Source: Balanoglossus misakiensis (taxonomy: Eukaryota > Animalia > Hemichordata). Taken from it: a DNA stretch of 64,000 nucleotides. The stretch is from contig CM082594.2 in assembly GCA_040954595.2 (NCBI GenBank), positions 642,208 to 706,207 of the forward strand, read 5' to 3'. Numbering within the stretch: the stretch's first letter is position 1; each line of letters starts with the position of its first letter. The translations under genes and the position numbers were made by a program. Under the pieces are notes generated by a model. It had not been told where the DNA came from, searched no databases, and worked only from the letters and a program-made list of their open reading frames with translations. Positions 9,601-22,400 of the stretch are shown here, in pieces.

Positions 9601-12600
9601 ACGGGTAGAGATACTTTCCACACGGGTTTTCTAACATTGAATTCCCGTTCATCAACTCAGATTTCCTACAGCATAAGTCGGCTAAAACCCTGACACTCTA
9701 GAGCAGAAACAGTTGCACACTGGTAACGTTGAACAAGTCGATTTTTCTACTGCCTGGCTCGGCTAAATCTCCGTCACAATATGACAGACACTAGCGTACG
9801 TTAGCAACGGTGATAAAGTCAGATTTTCTACGGCATGGCTTGGATAAAGCCCCGGCACTCTAGAGCAGAAACACGCGTACAGAGAGCACGTTGATCAAGT
9901 CTGATCTCCTACGGCTTGGCTCGACTAAAACCCCGGCACACTATGACAGACACTAGCGTTAGTAAGCAACGTTGATCAAGTCAGATTTCCTACGGCATGG
10001 CTTGGCTAAAGCCCTGGCACTATAGAGCAGAAACACGCGTACAGAGACCACGTTGATCTACTCACATTTCCTTCGGCCTGGCACGGCTGATGCCCCGGCA
10101 CTATATATAGGACACAGACTGGCGTAAGTTAACAACGGTAATCACGTCGGGTTTCCTACGGCCTGGCTCAGCTGAAGCCCCGGCACTCTAGAGCAGAAAC
10201 AGGCGTACATTGACCACGTTGATCAAGTCAGATTTCCTACGGCGTGACTCGGCAGGTGCACCGGCTCTATATGACACAGACTAGCGTAAGTTATCAACGG
10301 TGATTACGTCGGATTTCCTACGGCCTGGTTTAGCTGAAGCCCCGGCACTTTAGAGCGGAAACACGCGTACATTGACCACGATGATCAATTCAGATCTCCT
10401 ACGGCCTGGCTCGACTAAAACCCCGGCACACCATGACAGACACTAGCGTTCGTTAGCAACGGTGATCAAGTCTGATTTCCTTCGGCCTGGCTCTGCAAAA
10501 GACCCGACACTCTAGTACAAAGACGTTGGCTAAGTCGGGCAAACCGAAGAGGGAAAGTCACAGCGGGTCAACACTCGACATTTGTTCGGGTAGGACTGCA
10601 TTATTGCCTGTCAATTTATAGAGAAAGCTCGAATTTAACCAGGGCGTTTCAAACACCGACGTTAGTTGGGGGCACGGCCTGCAGTACTGCCGGGTAAGCT
10701 GACATCGGCGTACCGCATGTAATGTAGGGGGGGGGGGAACAGAACGGTTTAATACTACATTTATCAGATATCAGCTAATTTTGGACAATCATCTTAAATC
10801 TAATTCATTTTTTCATATTTGGATATCTGATGATGTATGAAATTTCCAATATATGTAAAAATGGTGCTGATTATAAAAATGCACTCTGAATGAGCTGATT
10901 TAATACAAAATTGCGTTTTATTCGTTTTTGCACCAAAAAGGTCATTTTTAGGCAAAACATTCTTTATTTTTTTAATTCGGTGACCTGATCATATATAAAC
11001 AATTGCTTGTATGTTAAAAGTTTTTATGACTTTTAAAAGCAGTGACACTGGCGGCATTCAACACGAAAATAACAATTTTAGCCACAATTTGGTCAAAATG
11101 GTAAATTTTTAAAAATTACAAAAAAATACCTGTTTTCTACATTTTCGGAAATCTGATGGAGTATAGAATGCTCTTCGTATGTATATATCGATACAAATTC
11201 TAAAAAAAAAGACCGTCTAATTTGGCTCACTGCAGGCAAAATTGCGTTTTACCAAATTTTCCTTGAAAATGTCACTTTTAGAAGAAAAAAAAATAAAAAA
11301 ACCTTTGTTCTTCGAATTTGGTGCCCTGATCATATATGACATGTTGATTGTATGTTAAAACTTTCGACCACTCCAAAAATGCAGATATATTGACGGAATT
11401 CAAGAAAAAATAGCCATTTTGGCCATATTTTGACAAAAATGGTAAATTTTTAAAAAATCATAAAAAAATTACTCTTTTCTTCATTTTCCGAAATATTATG
11501 GAGCATGAAGTGTCGTTCTCTTGTAAGAAGCGCAGCGAATTCCAGAAAAGGCGGTATAATTTGAATCACCCAAGACAAAATTACCATTTTCATTTTTTTT
11601 TCGAAAAATTGTCTTTTTTACAAAATAAATAAGAATAAATTCTTTTCTTAGTTTCAAACGGGTAGAGATACTTTCCACAAGGGTTTTCTAACATTGAATT
11701 CCCGTTCATCAACTCAGATTTCCTACAGCATAAGTCGGCTAAAACCCTGACACTCTAGAGCAGAAACAGTTGCACACTGGTAACGTTGAACAAGTCGATT
11801 TTTCTATGGCCTGGCTCGGCTAAATCTCCGTCACAATATGACAGACACTAGCGTACGTTAGCAACGGTGATCAAGTCAGATTTTCTACGGCATGGCTTAG
11901 ATAAAGCCCCGGCACTCTAGAGCAGAAACACGCGTACAGAGACCACGTTGATCAAGTCTGATCTCCTACGGCTTGGCTCGACTAAAACCCCGGCACACTA
12001 TGACAGACACTAGCGTTCGTTAGCAACGTTGATCAAGTCAGATTTCCTACGGCATGGCTTGGCTAAAGCCCTGGCACTCTAGAGCAGAAACACGCGTACA
12101 GAGACCACGTTGATCTACTCACATTTCCTTCGGCCTGGCACGGCTGATGCCCCGGCACTATATATAGGACACAGACTGGCGTAAGTTAACAACGGTAATC
12201 ACGTCGGGTTTCCTACGGCCTGGCTCAGCTGAAGCCCCGGCACTCTAGAGCAGAAACACGCGTACAGAGACCACGTTGATCAAGTCTGATCTCCTACGGC
12301 TTGGCTCGACTAAAACCCCGGCACACTATGACAGACACTAGCGTTCGTTAGCAACGTTGATCATGTCAGATTTCCTACGGCTTGGCTTGGCTAAAACCCT
12401 GGCACTCTAGAGCAGAAACACGCGTACAGAGACCACGTTAATCTACTCACATTTCCTTCGGCCTGGCACGGCTGATGCCCCGGCACTATATATATGACAC
12501 AGACTGGCGTAAGTTAACAACGGTAATCACGTCGGGTTTCCTACGGCCTGGCTCAGCTGAAGCCCCGGCACTCTAGAGCAGAAACAGGCGTACATTGACC

Positions 12601-14835
12601 ACGTTGATCAAGTCAGATTTCCTACGGCCTGGCTCGACTAAAACCCCGGCACACCATGACAGACACTAGCGTTCGTTAGCAACGGTGATCAAGTCGGATT
12701 TCCTTCGGCCTGGCTCTGCAAAAGACCCGACACTCTAGTACAAAGACGTTGGCTAAGTCGGGCAAACCGAAGAGGGAATGTCACAGCGGGTCAACACTCG
12801 ACATTTGTTCGGGTAGGACTGCATTATTGCCTGTCAATTTATAGAGAAAGCCCGAATTTAACCAGGGCGTTTCAAACACCGACGTTAGTTGGGGGCACGG
12901 CCTGCAGTACTGCCGGGTAAGCTTACATCGGCGTACCGCATATAATGTAGGGGAGGGACAGAACGGTTCAATACTACATTTATTAGATATCAGCTAATTT
13001 TGGACAATCATCTAAAATCTAAATCATTTTTTCATATTTGGATATCTGATGATGTATGAAATTTCCATTTTATGTAAAAATGGTGCTGATTATAAAAAAT
13101 GCACTCTGAATGAGCTGATTTAATACAAAATTGTGTTTTTGCACCAAAAAGGTAATTTTTAGGCAAAACATTCTTTATTTTTTTTAATTCGGTGACCTGA
13201 TCATATATAAACAATTGCTTGTATGTTAAACGTTTTTATGACTTTTAAAAGCAGTGACACTGGCGGCATTCAACACGAAAATAACAATTTTAGCCACAAT
13301 TTGGTCAAAATGGTAAATTTTTGAAAATTACAAAAAAGACCTGTTTTCTACATTTTCGGAAATCTGATGGAGTATAGAATGCTCTTCGTATGTATATATC
13401 GATACAAATTCCACAAAAGACCGTCCAATTTGGCTCACTGCAGACAAAATTGCTTTTTACCAAATTTTCCTTGAAAATGTCATTTTTAGAAAAAAAACTA
13501 AAAAAACCTTTGTTCTTCGAATTTGGTGCCCTGATCATATATGACATGTTGATTGTATGTTAAAACTTTCGACCACTCCAAAAATGCAGAGATATTGACG
13601 GAATTCAATAAAAAATAGCCATTTTGGCCATATTTTGACAAAAAAGGTAAATTTTTAAAAAATAATAAAAAATTAACTCTTTTCTTCATTTTCGGAAATA
13701 TTATGGAGCATGAAGTGTCGTTCTCTTGTAAAAAGTGCTGCAAATTGCAGAAAAGGCGGTATAATTTGAATCACCCAAGACAAAATTACCATTTTCGACT
13801 TTTTTTTCGAAAAATTGTCTTTTTTACAAAATAAATAAAAATAAATTCTTTTCTTAGTTTCAAACGGGTAGAGATACTTTCCACACGGATTTTCTAACAT
13901 TGAATTCCCGTTCATCAACTCAGATTTCCTACAGCATAAGTCGGCTAAAATCCTGACACTCTAGAGCAGAAACAGTTGCACACTGGTAACGTTGAACAAG
14001 TCGATTTTTCTACGGCCTGGCTCGGCTAAATCTTCGTCACAATATGACAGACACTATCGTACGTTAGCAACGGTGATCAAGTCAGATTTTCTACGGCATG
14101 GCTTGGATAAAGCCCCGGCACTCTAGAGCAGAAACACGCGTACAGAGACCACGTTGATCAAGTCTGATCTCCTACGGCTTGGCTCGACTAAAACCCCGGC
14201 ACACTATGATAGACACTAGAGTTCGTTAGCAACGTTGATCAAGTCAGATTTCCTACGGCATGGCTTGGCTAAAGCCCTGGCACTCTAGAGCAGAAACACG
14301 CGTACAAAAACCACGTTGATCTACTCACATTTCCTTCGACCTGGCACGGCTGATGCCCCGGCACTATATATAGGACACAGACTGGCGTAAGTTAACAACG
14401 GTAATCACGTCGGGTTTCCTACGGCCTGGCTCAGCTGAAGCCCCGGCGCTCTAGAGCAGAAACAGGCGTACATTGACCACGTTGATCAAGTCAGATTTCC
14501 TACGGCGTGACTCGGCTGGTGCACCGGCTCTATATGACACAGACTGGCGTAAGTTATCAACGGTGATTACGTCGGATTTCCTACGGCCTGGTTTAGCTGA
14601 AGCCCCGGCACTTTAGAGCGGAAACACGCGTACATTGACCACGATGATCAAGTCAGATCTCCTACGGCCTGGCTCGACTAAAACCCCGGCACACCATGAC
14701 AGACACTAGCGTTCGTTAGCAACGGTGATCAAGTCGGATTACCTTCGGCCTGGCTCTGCAAAAGACCCGACACTCTAGTACAAAGACGTTGGCTAAGTCG
14801 GGCAAACCGAACAGGGAAAGTCACAGCGGGTCATT

Positions 14836-15120
14836 ATGGTGGTCTTCGGTAACGCCAACGAAGCCAGACAGATTTTATTTGCGGCCCCTGGATGCCTGAA
14901 AGGAAACAAGTTGAAAGGAAACCAGATTTATGTGTCTGACGATGTAAGCAAGAAAGTATACGCGGAACGGAAGAGGCTACTACAGTATGCAAGCAAGATA
15001 AAGAGAGAAGCGTCGACGAAAAGCTGCTACATAGCTTGGAAAGTGCCGGCAACACTCGTAATCAAGTACGCTAATGGTGTCAAAAAGGAACTCACGGTAA
15101 ATGACATTCCAGAAAAATGA
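14836..15120 (+). pseudogene. C-terminal remnant of LINE ORF1p (5'-truncated)
   Basis: Open frame starts at the insertion boundary. LKGNQIYVSDDVSKKVYAERKRL resembles the C-terminal domain of L1-type ORF1 proteins. Lies upstream of ORF2. Confidence 0.75.
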
Positions 15121-15580
15121 CATTTGTAAATGTAAATGAAAATTGTAAATGTAAACTGGATAGTAGCGTACGACTTTGAATTACCAAACACAGTATTCAT
15201 AGAATAACGGTAACGTTGTCGGCCATTGATTTTAAAGATCTCAATACACCTCCGACACAGAGAAGGTGTGGCACTCGAGCAGAGTAGGTTTTTTTTTTCT
15301 TGCCCTTCTTTTTTGTTCTTTTTGTATTTCTTCTCCTTTTCGTCTTGCCCCCTTTCCCTGTTTGTTTTTTTCCTCCGGGGAAGGGAGTTTCGTCTCTTCT
15401 CAGTCTTCTCTTTTTTTGGCCCTTTGGGTTTTTTTCTCTCGCCTCTGTCGGCCCTTAGGGTGTGTTTGTCTTGTTTGTTTGTTGTTTCTTGATGGGTTTA
15501 TTTCAAAGCGGGACACATCAGTCAATTTTCAGAAATGTTTTTGGAAGCAGTCGACACAACACATTTCATGACAATTTGAA

Positions 15581-18500
15581 ATGGATTTTTCAGTTTTGAC
15601 GTTTAATACAAGAGGGCTCCGTAGTTTCAAAAAAAGGAAAAAACTTGGATGTTGGTTAAATAGTAAGAACCCCACATTTACTTTCTTACAAGAAACCCAC
15701 AGTGTAAAAGACGATGTTCACTTTTGGTCAACTCAATTTAATGGTCGCTGTTGGTTTTCGCATGGAACAAACAATAGTAGAGGTGTAATAACAATTATCA
15801 ATAACCCAAATATTATAGTTAACAATTCTGTAACTGACGATATGGGTAGATTTATTCTTATTGATGTAAATTTAGACAATACGCCTTGTATACTACTTAA
15901 TGTATATGCACCCAATATAGAGAAAGAGCATGTAATTTTTCTAGAAGAAATGTATTTTTTGCTGGTCAAATATGTAACCGATCCCAACACAATTGTCATT
16001 TTAGGAGGGGATTTAAATTTCACCTATAATATTGCCCTTGATCGCTCAGGAGGCAATCCTAAACCATGGGGAAAGTCCATTGCTCTTTTAGATAGGATAT
16101 CTGACGTCTTCAATTTGATTGATATATGGAGGGTGCGTCATGAAGAAAAGAGAGGTTTTACCTGGAGAAGGCGCAGGCCTTATATCACTCAGAGTAGACT
16201 TGATTATTTTTTCATTTCTAGCGATTTACAGCAACAAATCAGTAGCGTTCAGATTATTCCTGGAGTGGATTCCGACCATTCAGCTGTCTCTTTGGTGTAT
16301 AAATCTTGCCAAAACGAGCGGGGTCCTGGCTACTGGAAGTTTAATTCTAGTTTAATTTACGACAGTACTTTCAAAACCATTCTGCACGATAATATTGACG
16401 AGTGGATTAGTGAATCCACTAGGTTAAATGATGGGGTTCGTTGGGACTTCATAAAATTTAAGATTAGAGGTTTTGTGATTGACTACAGCAAAACAGTGGC
16501 GAAAAAACGTAGACAGAATTTACAGAATCTTGAACTGTCGGTGAATTTTCTTGAGGGTCTTTGTTCTAATCATCCTACAGTGCAAAATTACGAGATGCTC
16601 GAGTCAGCAAAGAGTGATTTGGAGAAAGTTTATGATTATATTACAGAAGGAGCGGTCGTAAGATCCAGGATTAATTGGTACGAGAAAGGTGAAAAATGTA
16701 ACAAGTTCTTTTTAGGTTTGGAAAAGGTAAATAAACGCAACTCGAGTATCAGCAATTTGAAGAAAGATGAGTATACAATTATAGACAACCCAAAGAATAT
16801 TTTGTGTGAAATTAAGCAGTTTTATGCCAAGCTTTACTCAAGGTGCGCCACAAACTCCAACGATGTGCATTATTTCCTGGATGCAAATTTACCAATGTTG
16901 TCAGAGAATGATAAAGTTTTGTGTGAGGGTCCTTTGACCCCTGGGGAAGTTTTCTCTGTTCTTCTCTCCCTTCCAGACAACAAAAGCCCCGGCAATGATG
17001 GCCTTACAAAAGAATTTTACGTGGCGTTTTGGCCACAGGTGGGGAATTTAGTTTTGAATTCTCTCAATTATGGTTACAGAACGGGGGAATTTTCAAATTC
17101 ACAGAAACAGAGTGTCATAACTCTGATTGATAAACCTGGGAAGGATCAACTCTATCTGAAAAATTGGAGACCAATCTCCTTTATGAATGTTGACATGAAG
17201 CTTGCTTCAAAATGCCTTGTTAAACGTATTGAGAAAGTTTTGCCCTGCTTAATTGGTGACTCCCAAGCGGCCTTTGTCCGGGGGAGAAACATTGGTGATT
17301 ATATCCGTTTGATAGATGAGATTTTTCATCACACCTGTAATGCTGATATTCCAGCAATTTTATTAGCCATAGATTTCGAAAAAGCTTTTGACACTGTAAG
17401 TTGGGATTATCTCTACAATACATTGTCATCCTTTAATTTTGGAGTGTCCTTCATCAACTGGGTTAAAGCCTTATATTTTAACATTGAAAGCACTGTAATG
17501 AACAATGGGTTTGGGACTGGCTATTTTAAGCTTGAGAAGGGAGTGCGCCAAGGCGACCCTTTGTCACCTATGTTATTTATTCTGGTTTTAGAAACACTCT
17601 TGCATTCAATAAGAAATAACCGGCAAATTAGTGGTATCAATATTGGCAGTGTTGAAATTAAGGAGTCGGCGTTCGCCGACGATATGACCTGTTTTTTATC
17701 AAATGAAAACTCTGTAAGAATTGTTTTTGAAATGTTAACTTCCTTTTATAATGCTTCTGGTTTGAAAGTCAACAAAGATAAGACAGAAGCTGTTTGGCTT
17801 GGGAAATGGAGACTTCGAAAAGATGAGGCGTTCGGGGTAAAGTGGCCCACCCCTACTATCAAGATTGTGGGGATTCATTTTTCTTATAATGAAAAAATTG
17901 CCCAGGAAAAAAATATTGTTACCCCAGTCGAAAATCTAAAAAAGGTCCTCAATATGTGGAAAACTAGGAATTTGACCATCATTGGGAAAGTTCAAGTTAT
18001 TAAGTCATTGGCAATTTCCAAATTAACATATGTGCTTACACATGTAATTTTTCCTAATGAAGTAATAGGTCGGGTTCATAAGTTAATTTATAATTTTCTC
18101 TGGAATGGACAAGACCGGGTTCGCAGGAATGTAATGATAGGGGAGGTGGGCCAAGGAGGCTTAAAAATGCCCAATTTAGATGTGATGATAAAAACAAAGC
18201 AAGTATTACTGATTAAACGCCTGTTGAATGAGGAATGTAAACACCCTTGGAAACACATTGTCTTACACAGTTTAGAGAAAGTCGGTGGAAAATTACTTTT
18301 TAAATGTAACTTCCGCACCAATCTTTTGCCTGTCCAAGTTTCCAGTTTTATAAATAATTGTCTTGTCACATGGTCAGAAATCAACATAATTCCAAATACT
18401 ACAGACCAGGTGATTTGGAACAACAGAAACGTCCTCGTTGGAGGAAAGTCGGTATTTTATAAGGCTTTTTCTGACGCTGGCTTTAATTTCATCCCTGACA

Positions 18501-19294
18501 TGTTTACAGGTTTTAATAGAGTATCATGGTCTGTATTTGAGCAGAAAGGCCTGAATTTAAATCAGAAATTGAAGTGGTTAGGATTGACACTTTCTGTTCC
18601 AAACAAGTTAAAAAATTGTACCAAAGCACATAGTGTACATAAGCTTTGTATTTCATTGAATGGCACAATCTGTAATTTAGACACTTTAACGAAAAAGAGT
18701 TTGAAATGTAATTTGAACGACCGTATTATAGAGACTCCAAAAAGTCAAGCAACACTGGAAAAAATGTTGAATATATTTAATCTAAACTGGGAAAAAATGT
18801 ATGACTTCACTTACAAGTTATCAATACATTGTAAGGCTAGAGCTTTTCAATTTAAATTACTTCACAATATTTTGTATACAAACAAACAGCTAAACAGGTA
18901 CAATCCACAGAAATTTCCAACTGCTCTTTGTGATTTATGTAAAGTGGAAACAGAGTCCATCGACCATTTATTTCATAGTTGCAATTGTACTACTGCTCTC
19001 TGGAGGGACCTACTGTTTACGTTGGGTATCCTTCTTAAATTGAAAAAACCACCATCAGTGTTATGTATGGTTTTGGGTGACCCAAACGAGACTTTTATAG
19101 TCAATTTTATAGCAATGCAAGTTAGAATGTACATTTACTACTGTAAATTAAATAATCGAATTCCGAATATCACTGGGTTTATTGTTCAGCTCAAAAACAT
19201 ACATGAAATTGAACTTAAGATTGCAACTGCAAATCATAAAATGTATTTTCATCTTAAAAAATGGTCATCACTTACGAGGTATATAACAAACTGA
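15581..19294 (+). CDS. LINE ORF2p: APE endonuclease, reverse transcriptase, C-terminal CCHC zinc-binding domain (1237 aa)
   Basis: APE motifs NTRGL, LQETH, NVYAPN, GGDLN, SRLDY, SDH. RT motifs SPGNDG, WRPIS, DFEKAFD, GVRQGDPLSP, FADD. C-terminal CDLC...HLFHSC. No stops or frameshifts. Confidence 0.96.
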   Translation: MDFSVLTFNTRGLRSFKKRKKLGCWLNSKNPTFTFLQETHSVKDDVHFWSTQFNGRCWFSHGTNNSRGVITIINNPNIIVNNSVTDDMGRFILIDVNLDNTPCILLNVYAPNIEKEHVIFLEEMYFLLVKYVTDPNTIVILGGDLNFTYNIALDRSGGNPKPWGKSIALLDRISDVFNLIDIWRVRHEEKRGFTWRRRRPYITQSRLDYFFISSDLQQQISSVQIIPGVDSDHSAVSLVYKSCQNERGPGYWKFNSSLIYDSTFKTILHDNIDEWISESTRLNDGVRWDFIKFKIRGFVIDYSKTVAKKRRQNLQNLELSVNFLEGLCSNHPTVQNYEMLESAKSDLEKVYDYITEGAVVRSRINWYEKGEKCNKFFLGLEKVNKRNSSISNLKKDEYTIIDNPKNILCEIKQFYAKLYSRCATNSNDVHYFLDANLPMLSENDKVLCEGPLTPGEVFSVLLSLPDNKSPGNDGLTKEFYVAFWPQVGNLVLNSLNYGYRTGEFSNSQKQSVITLIDKPGKDQLYLKNWRPISFMNVDMKLASKCLVKRIEKVLPCLIGDSQAAFVRGRNIGDYIRLIDEIFHHTCNADIPAILLAIDFEKAFDTVSWDYLYNTLSSFNFGVSFINWVKALYFNIESTVMNNGFGTGYFKLEKGVRQGDPLSPMLFILVLETLLHSIRNNRQISGINIGSVEIKESAFADDMTCFLSNENSVRIVFEMLTSFYNASGLKVNKDKTEAVWLGKWRLRKDEAFGVKWPTPTIKIVGIHFSYNEKIAQEKNIVTPVENLKKVLNMWKTRNLTIIGKVQVIKSLAISKLTYVLTHVIFPNEVIGRVHKLIYNFLWNGQDRVRRNVMIGEVGQGGLKMPNLDVMIKTKQVLLIKRLLNEECKHPWKHIVLHSLEKVGGKLLFKCNFRTNLLPVQVSSFINNCLVTWSEINIIPNTTDQVIWNNRNVLVGGKSVFYKAFSDAGFNFIPDMFTGFNRVSWSVFEQKGLNLNQKLKWLGLTLSVPNKLKNCTKAHSVHKLCISLNGTICNLDTLTKKSLKCNLNDRIIETPKSQATLEKMLNIFNLNWEKMYDFTYKLSIHCKARAFQFKLLHNILYTNKQLNRYNPQKFPTALCDLCKVETESIDHLFHSCNCTTALWRDLLFTLGILLKLKKPPSVLCMVLGDPNETFIVNFIAMQVRMYIYYCKLNNRIPNITGFIVQLKNIHEIELKIATANHKMYFHLKKWSSLTRYITN

Positions 19295-19425
19295 GAATAC
19301 CAGATTGTTTTTTTTTTTTTTTCTCTTCTTTCCATTAAGTTATGCTTCCAAAAAATAATTGTCAATTTTTTTTTTTTTTTTTTTTTTAAATCTACTTATG
19401 TATCAAAATGACTGTTTGTGTTCCC

Positions 19426-19460
19426 AATAAAAAGTATTAAAAAAAAAAAAAAAAAAAAAA
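19426..19460 (+). terminator. LINE polyadenylation signal and 22-nt poly(A) tail
   Basis: AATAAA followed 7 nt later by an uninterrupted A22, then the TSD. Confidence 0.88.
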
Positions 19461-22400
19461 GTCACAGCGGGTCAACACTCGACATTTGTTCCGGTAGGAC
19501 TGCATTATTGCCTGTCAATTTATAGAGAAAGCCCGAATTTAACCAGGGCGTTTCAAACACCGACGTTAGTTGGGGGCACGGCCTGCAGTACTGCCGGGTA
19601 AGCTGACATCAGCGTACCGCATATAATGTAGGGGGGGGGGGACAGAACGGTTAAATACTACATTTATCAGATATCAGCTAATTTTGGACAATCATCTAAA
19701 ATGTAAATCATCTTTTCATATTTGGATATCTGATGATGTATGACATTTCCATTATATGTAAAAATGGTGCTGATTATAAAAATGCACTCTGAATGAGCTG
19801 ATTTAATGCAAAATTGCGTTTTATTCGTTTTTGCACCAAAAAGGTCATTTTTAGGCAAAACATTCTTTATTTTTTTAATTCGGTGACCTGATCATATATA
19901 AACAATTGCTTGTATGTTAAAAGTTTTTATGACTTTTAAAAGCAGTGACACTGGCGGCATTCAACACGAAAATAACAATTTTAGCCACAATTTGGTCAAA
20001 ATGGTAAATTTTTGAAAATTACAAAAAATACCTGTTTTCTACATTTTCGGAAATCTGATGGAGTATAGAATGCTCTTCGTACGTATATATCGATACAAAT
20101 TCCACAAAAGACCGTCTAATTTGGCTCACTGCAGACAAAATTGCGTTTTACAAAATTTTCCTTGAAAATGTCATTTTTAGAAAAAAAAAATAAAAAAACC
20201 TTTTATCTTCGAATTTGTTGCCCTGATCATATATGACATGTTGATTGTATGTTAAAACTTTCCAAAAATGCAGAGATATTGACGGAATTCAAGAAAAAAT
20301 AGCCATTTTGGCCATATTTTGACAAAAATGGTAAATTTTTAAAAAATCATAAAAAATTAACTCTTTTCTTCATTTTCGGAAATATTATGGAGCATGAAGT
20401 GTCGTTCTCTTGTAAAAAGTGCTGCAAATTCCAGAAAAGGCGGTATAATTTGAATCACCCAAGACAAAATTACCATTTTCGACTTTTTTTCGAAAAATTG
20501 TCTTTTTTACAAAATAAATAAGAATTAATTCTTTTCTTAGTTTCAAACGGGTAGAGATACTTTCCACACGGGTTTTCTAACATTGAATTCACGTTCATCA
20601 ACTCAGATTGCCTACAGCATAAGTCGGCTAAAACCCTGAGACTTTAGAGCAGAAACAGTTGCACACTGGTAACGTTGAACAAGTCGATTTTTCTACGGCC
20701 TGGCTCGGCTAAATCTCCGTCACAATATGACAGACACTATCGTACGTTAGCATTGGTGATCAAGTCAGATTTTCAACGGCATGGGTTGGATAAAGCCCCG
20801 GCACTCTAGAGCAGAAACACGCGTACAGAGACCACGTTGATCAAGTCTGATCTCCTACGGCTTGGCTCGACTAAAACCCCGGCACACTATGACAGACACT
20901 AGCGTTCGTTAGCAACGTTGATCAAGTCAGATTTCCTACGGCATGGCTTTGCTAAAGCCCTGACACTCTAGAGCAGAAACACGCGTACAGAGACCACGTT
21001 GATCTACTCACATTTCCTTCGGCCTGGCACGGCTGATGCCCCGGCACTATATATAGGACACAGACTGGCGTAAGTTAACAACGGTAATCACGTCGGGTTT
21101 CCTACGGCCTGGCTCAGCTGAAGCCCCGGCACTCTAGAGCAGAAACAGGCGTACATTGACCACGTTGATCAAGTCAGATTTCCTACGGCGTGACTCGGCT
21201 GGTGCACCGGCTCTATATGACACAGACTGGCGTAAGTTATCAACGGTGATTACGTCGGATTTCCTACGGCCTGGTTTAGCTGAAGCCCCGGCACTTTAGA
21301 GCGGAAACACGCGTACATTGACCACGATGATCAAGTCAGATCTCCTACGGCCTGGCTCGACTAAAACCCCGGCACACCATGACAGACATTAGCGTTCGTT
21401 AGCAACGGTGATCAAGTCGGATTTCCTTCGGCCTGGCTCTGTAAAAGACCCGACACTCTAGTACAAAGACGTTGGCTAAGTCGGGCAAACCGAACAGGGA
21501 AAGTCACAGCGGGTCAACACTCGACATTTGTTCCGGTAGGACTGCATTATTGCCTGTCAATTTATAGAGAAAGCCCGAATTTAACCAGGGCGTTTCAAAC
21601 ACCGACGTTAGTTGGGGGCACGGCCTGCAGTACTGCCGGGTAAGCTGACATCAGCGTACCGCATATAATGTAGGGGGGGGGACAGAACGGTTAAATACTA
21701 CATTTATCAGATATCAGCTAATTTTGGACAATCATCTAAAATGTAAATCATCTTTTCATATTTGGATATCTGATGATGTATGACATTTCCATTATATGTA
21801 AAAATGGTGCTGATTATAAAAATGCACTCTGAATGAGCTGATTTAATGCAAAATTGCGTTTTATTCGTTTTTGCACCAAAAAGGTCATTTTTAGGCAAAA
21901 CATTCTTTATTTTTTTAATTCGGTGACCTGATCATATATAAACAATTGCTTGTATGTTAAAAGTTTTTATGACTTTTAAAAGCAGTGACACTGGCGGCAT
22001 TCAACACGAAAATAACAATTTTAGCCACAATTTGGTCAAAATGGTAAATTTTTGAAAATTACAAAAAATACCTGTTTTCTACATTTTCGGAAATCTGATG
22101 GAGTATAGAATGCTCTTCGTACGTATATATCGATACAAATTCCACAAAAGACCGTCTAATTTTGCTCACTGCAGACAAAATTGCGTTTTACAAAATTTTC
22201 CTTGAAAATGTCATTTTTAGAAAAAAAAAATAAAAAAACCTTTTATCTTCGAATTTGTTGCCCTGATCATATATGACATGTTGATTGTATGTTAAAACTT
22301 TCCAAAAATGCAGAGATATTGACGGAATTCAAGAAAAAATAGCCATTTTGGCCATATTTTGACAAAAATGGTAAATTTTTAAAAAATCATAAAAAATTAA

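Larger units (their letters stand above)
14834..19460 (+). mobile_element. 5'-truncated non-LTR retrotransposon, L1/Tx1 clade
   Basis: TSD GTCACAGCGGGTCA at 14820-14833 and 19461-19474 (17 bp if the preceding AAA is included); ORF1 remnant; intact ORF2; AATAAA 19426-19431; poly(A) 19439-19460. Confidence 0.95.

Noticed and set aside
15226-15571. Hydrophobic Phe/Leu-rich ORFs between LINE ORF1 and ORF2
   Set aside because: Translation of a T-rich low-complexity spacer, with non-ATG starts.
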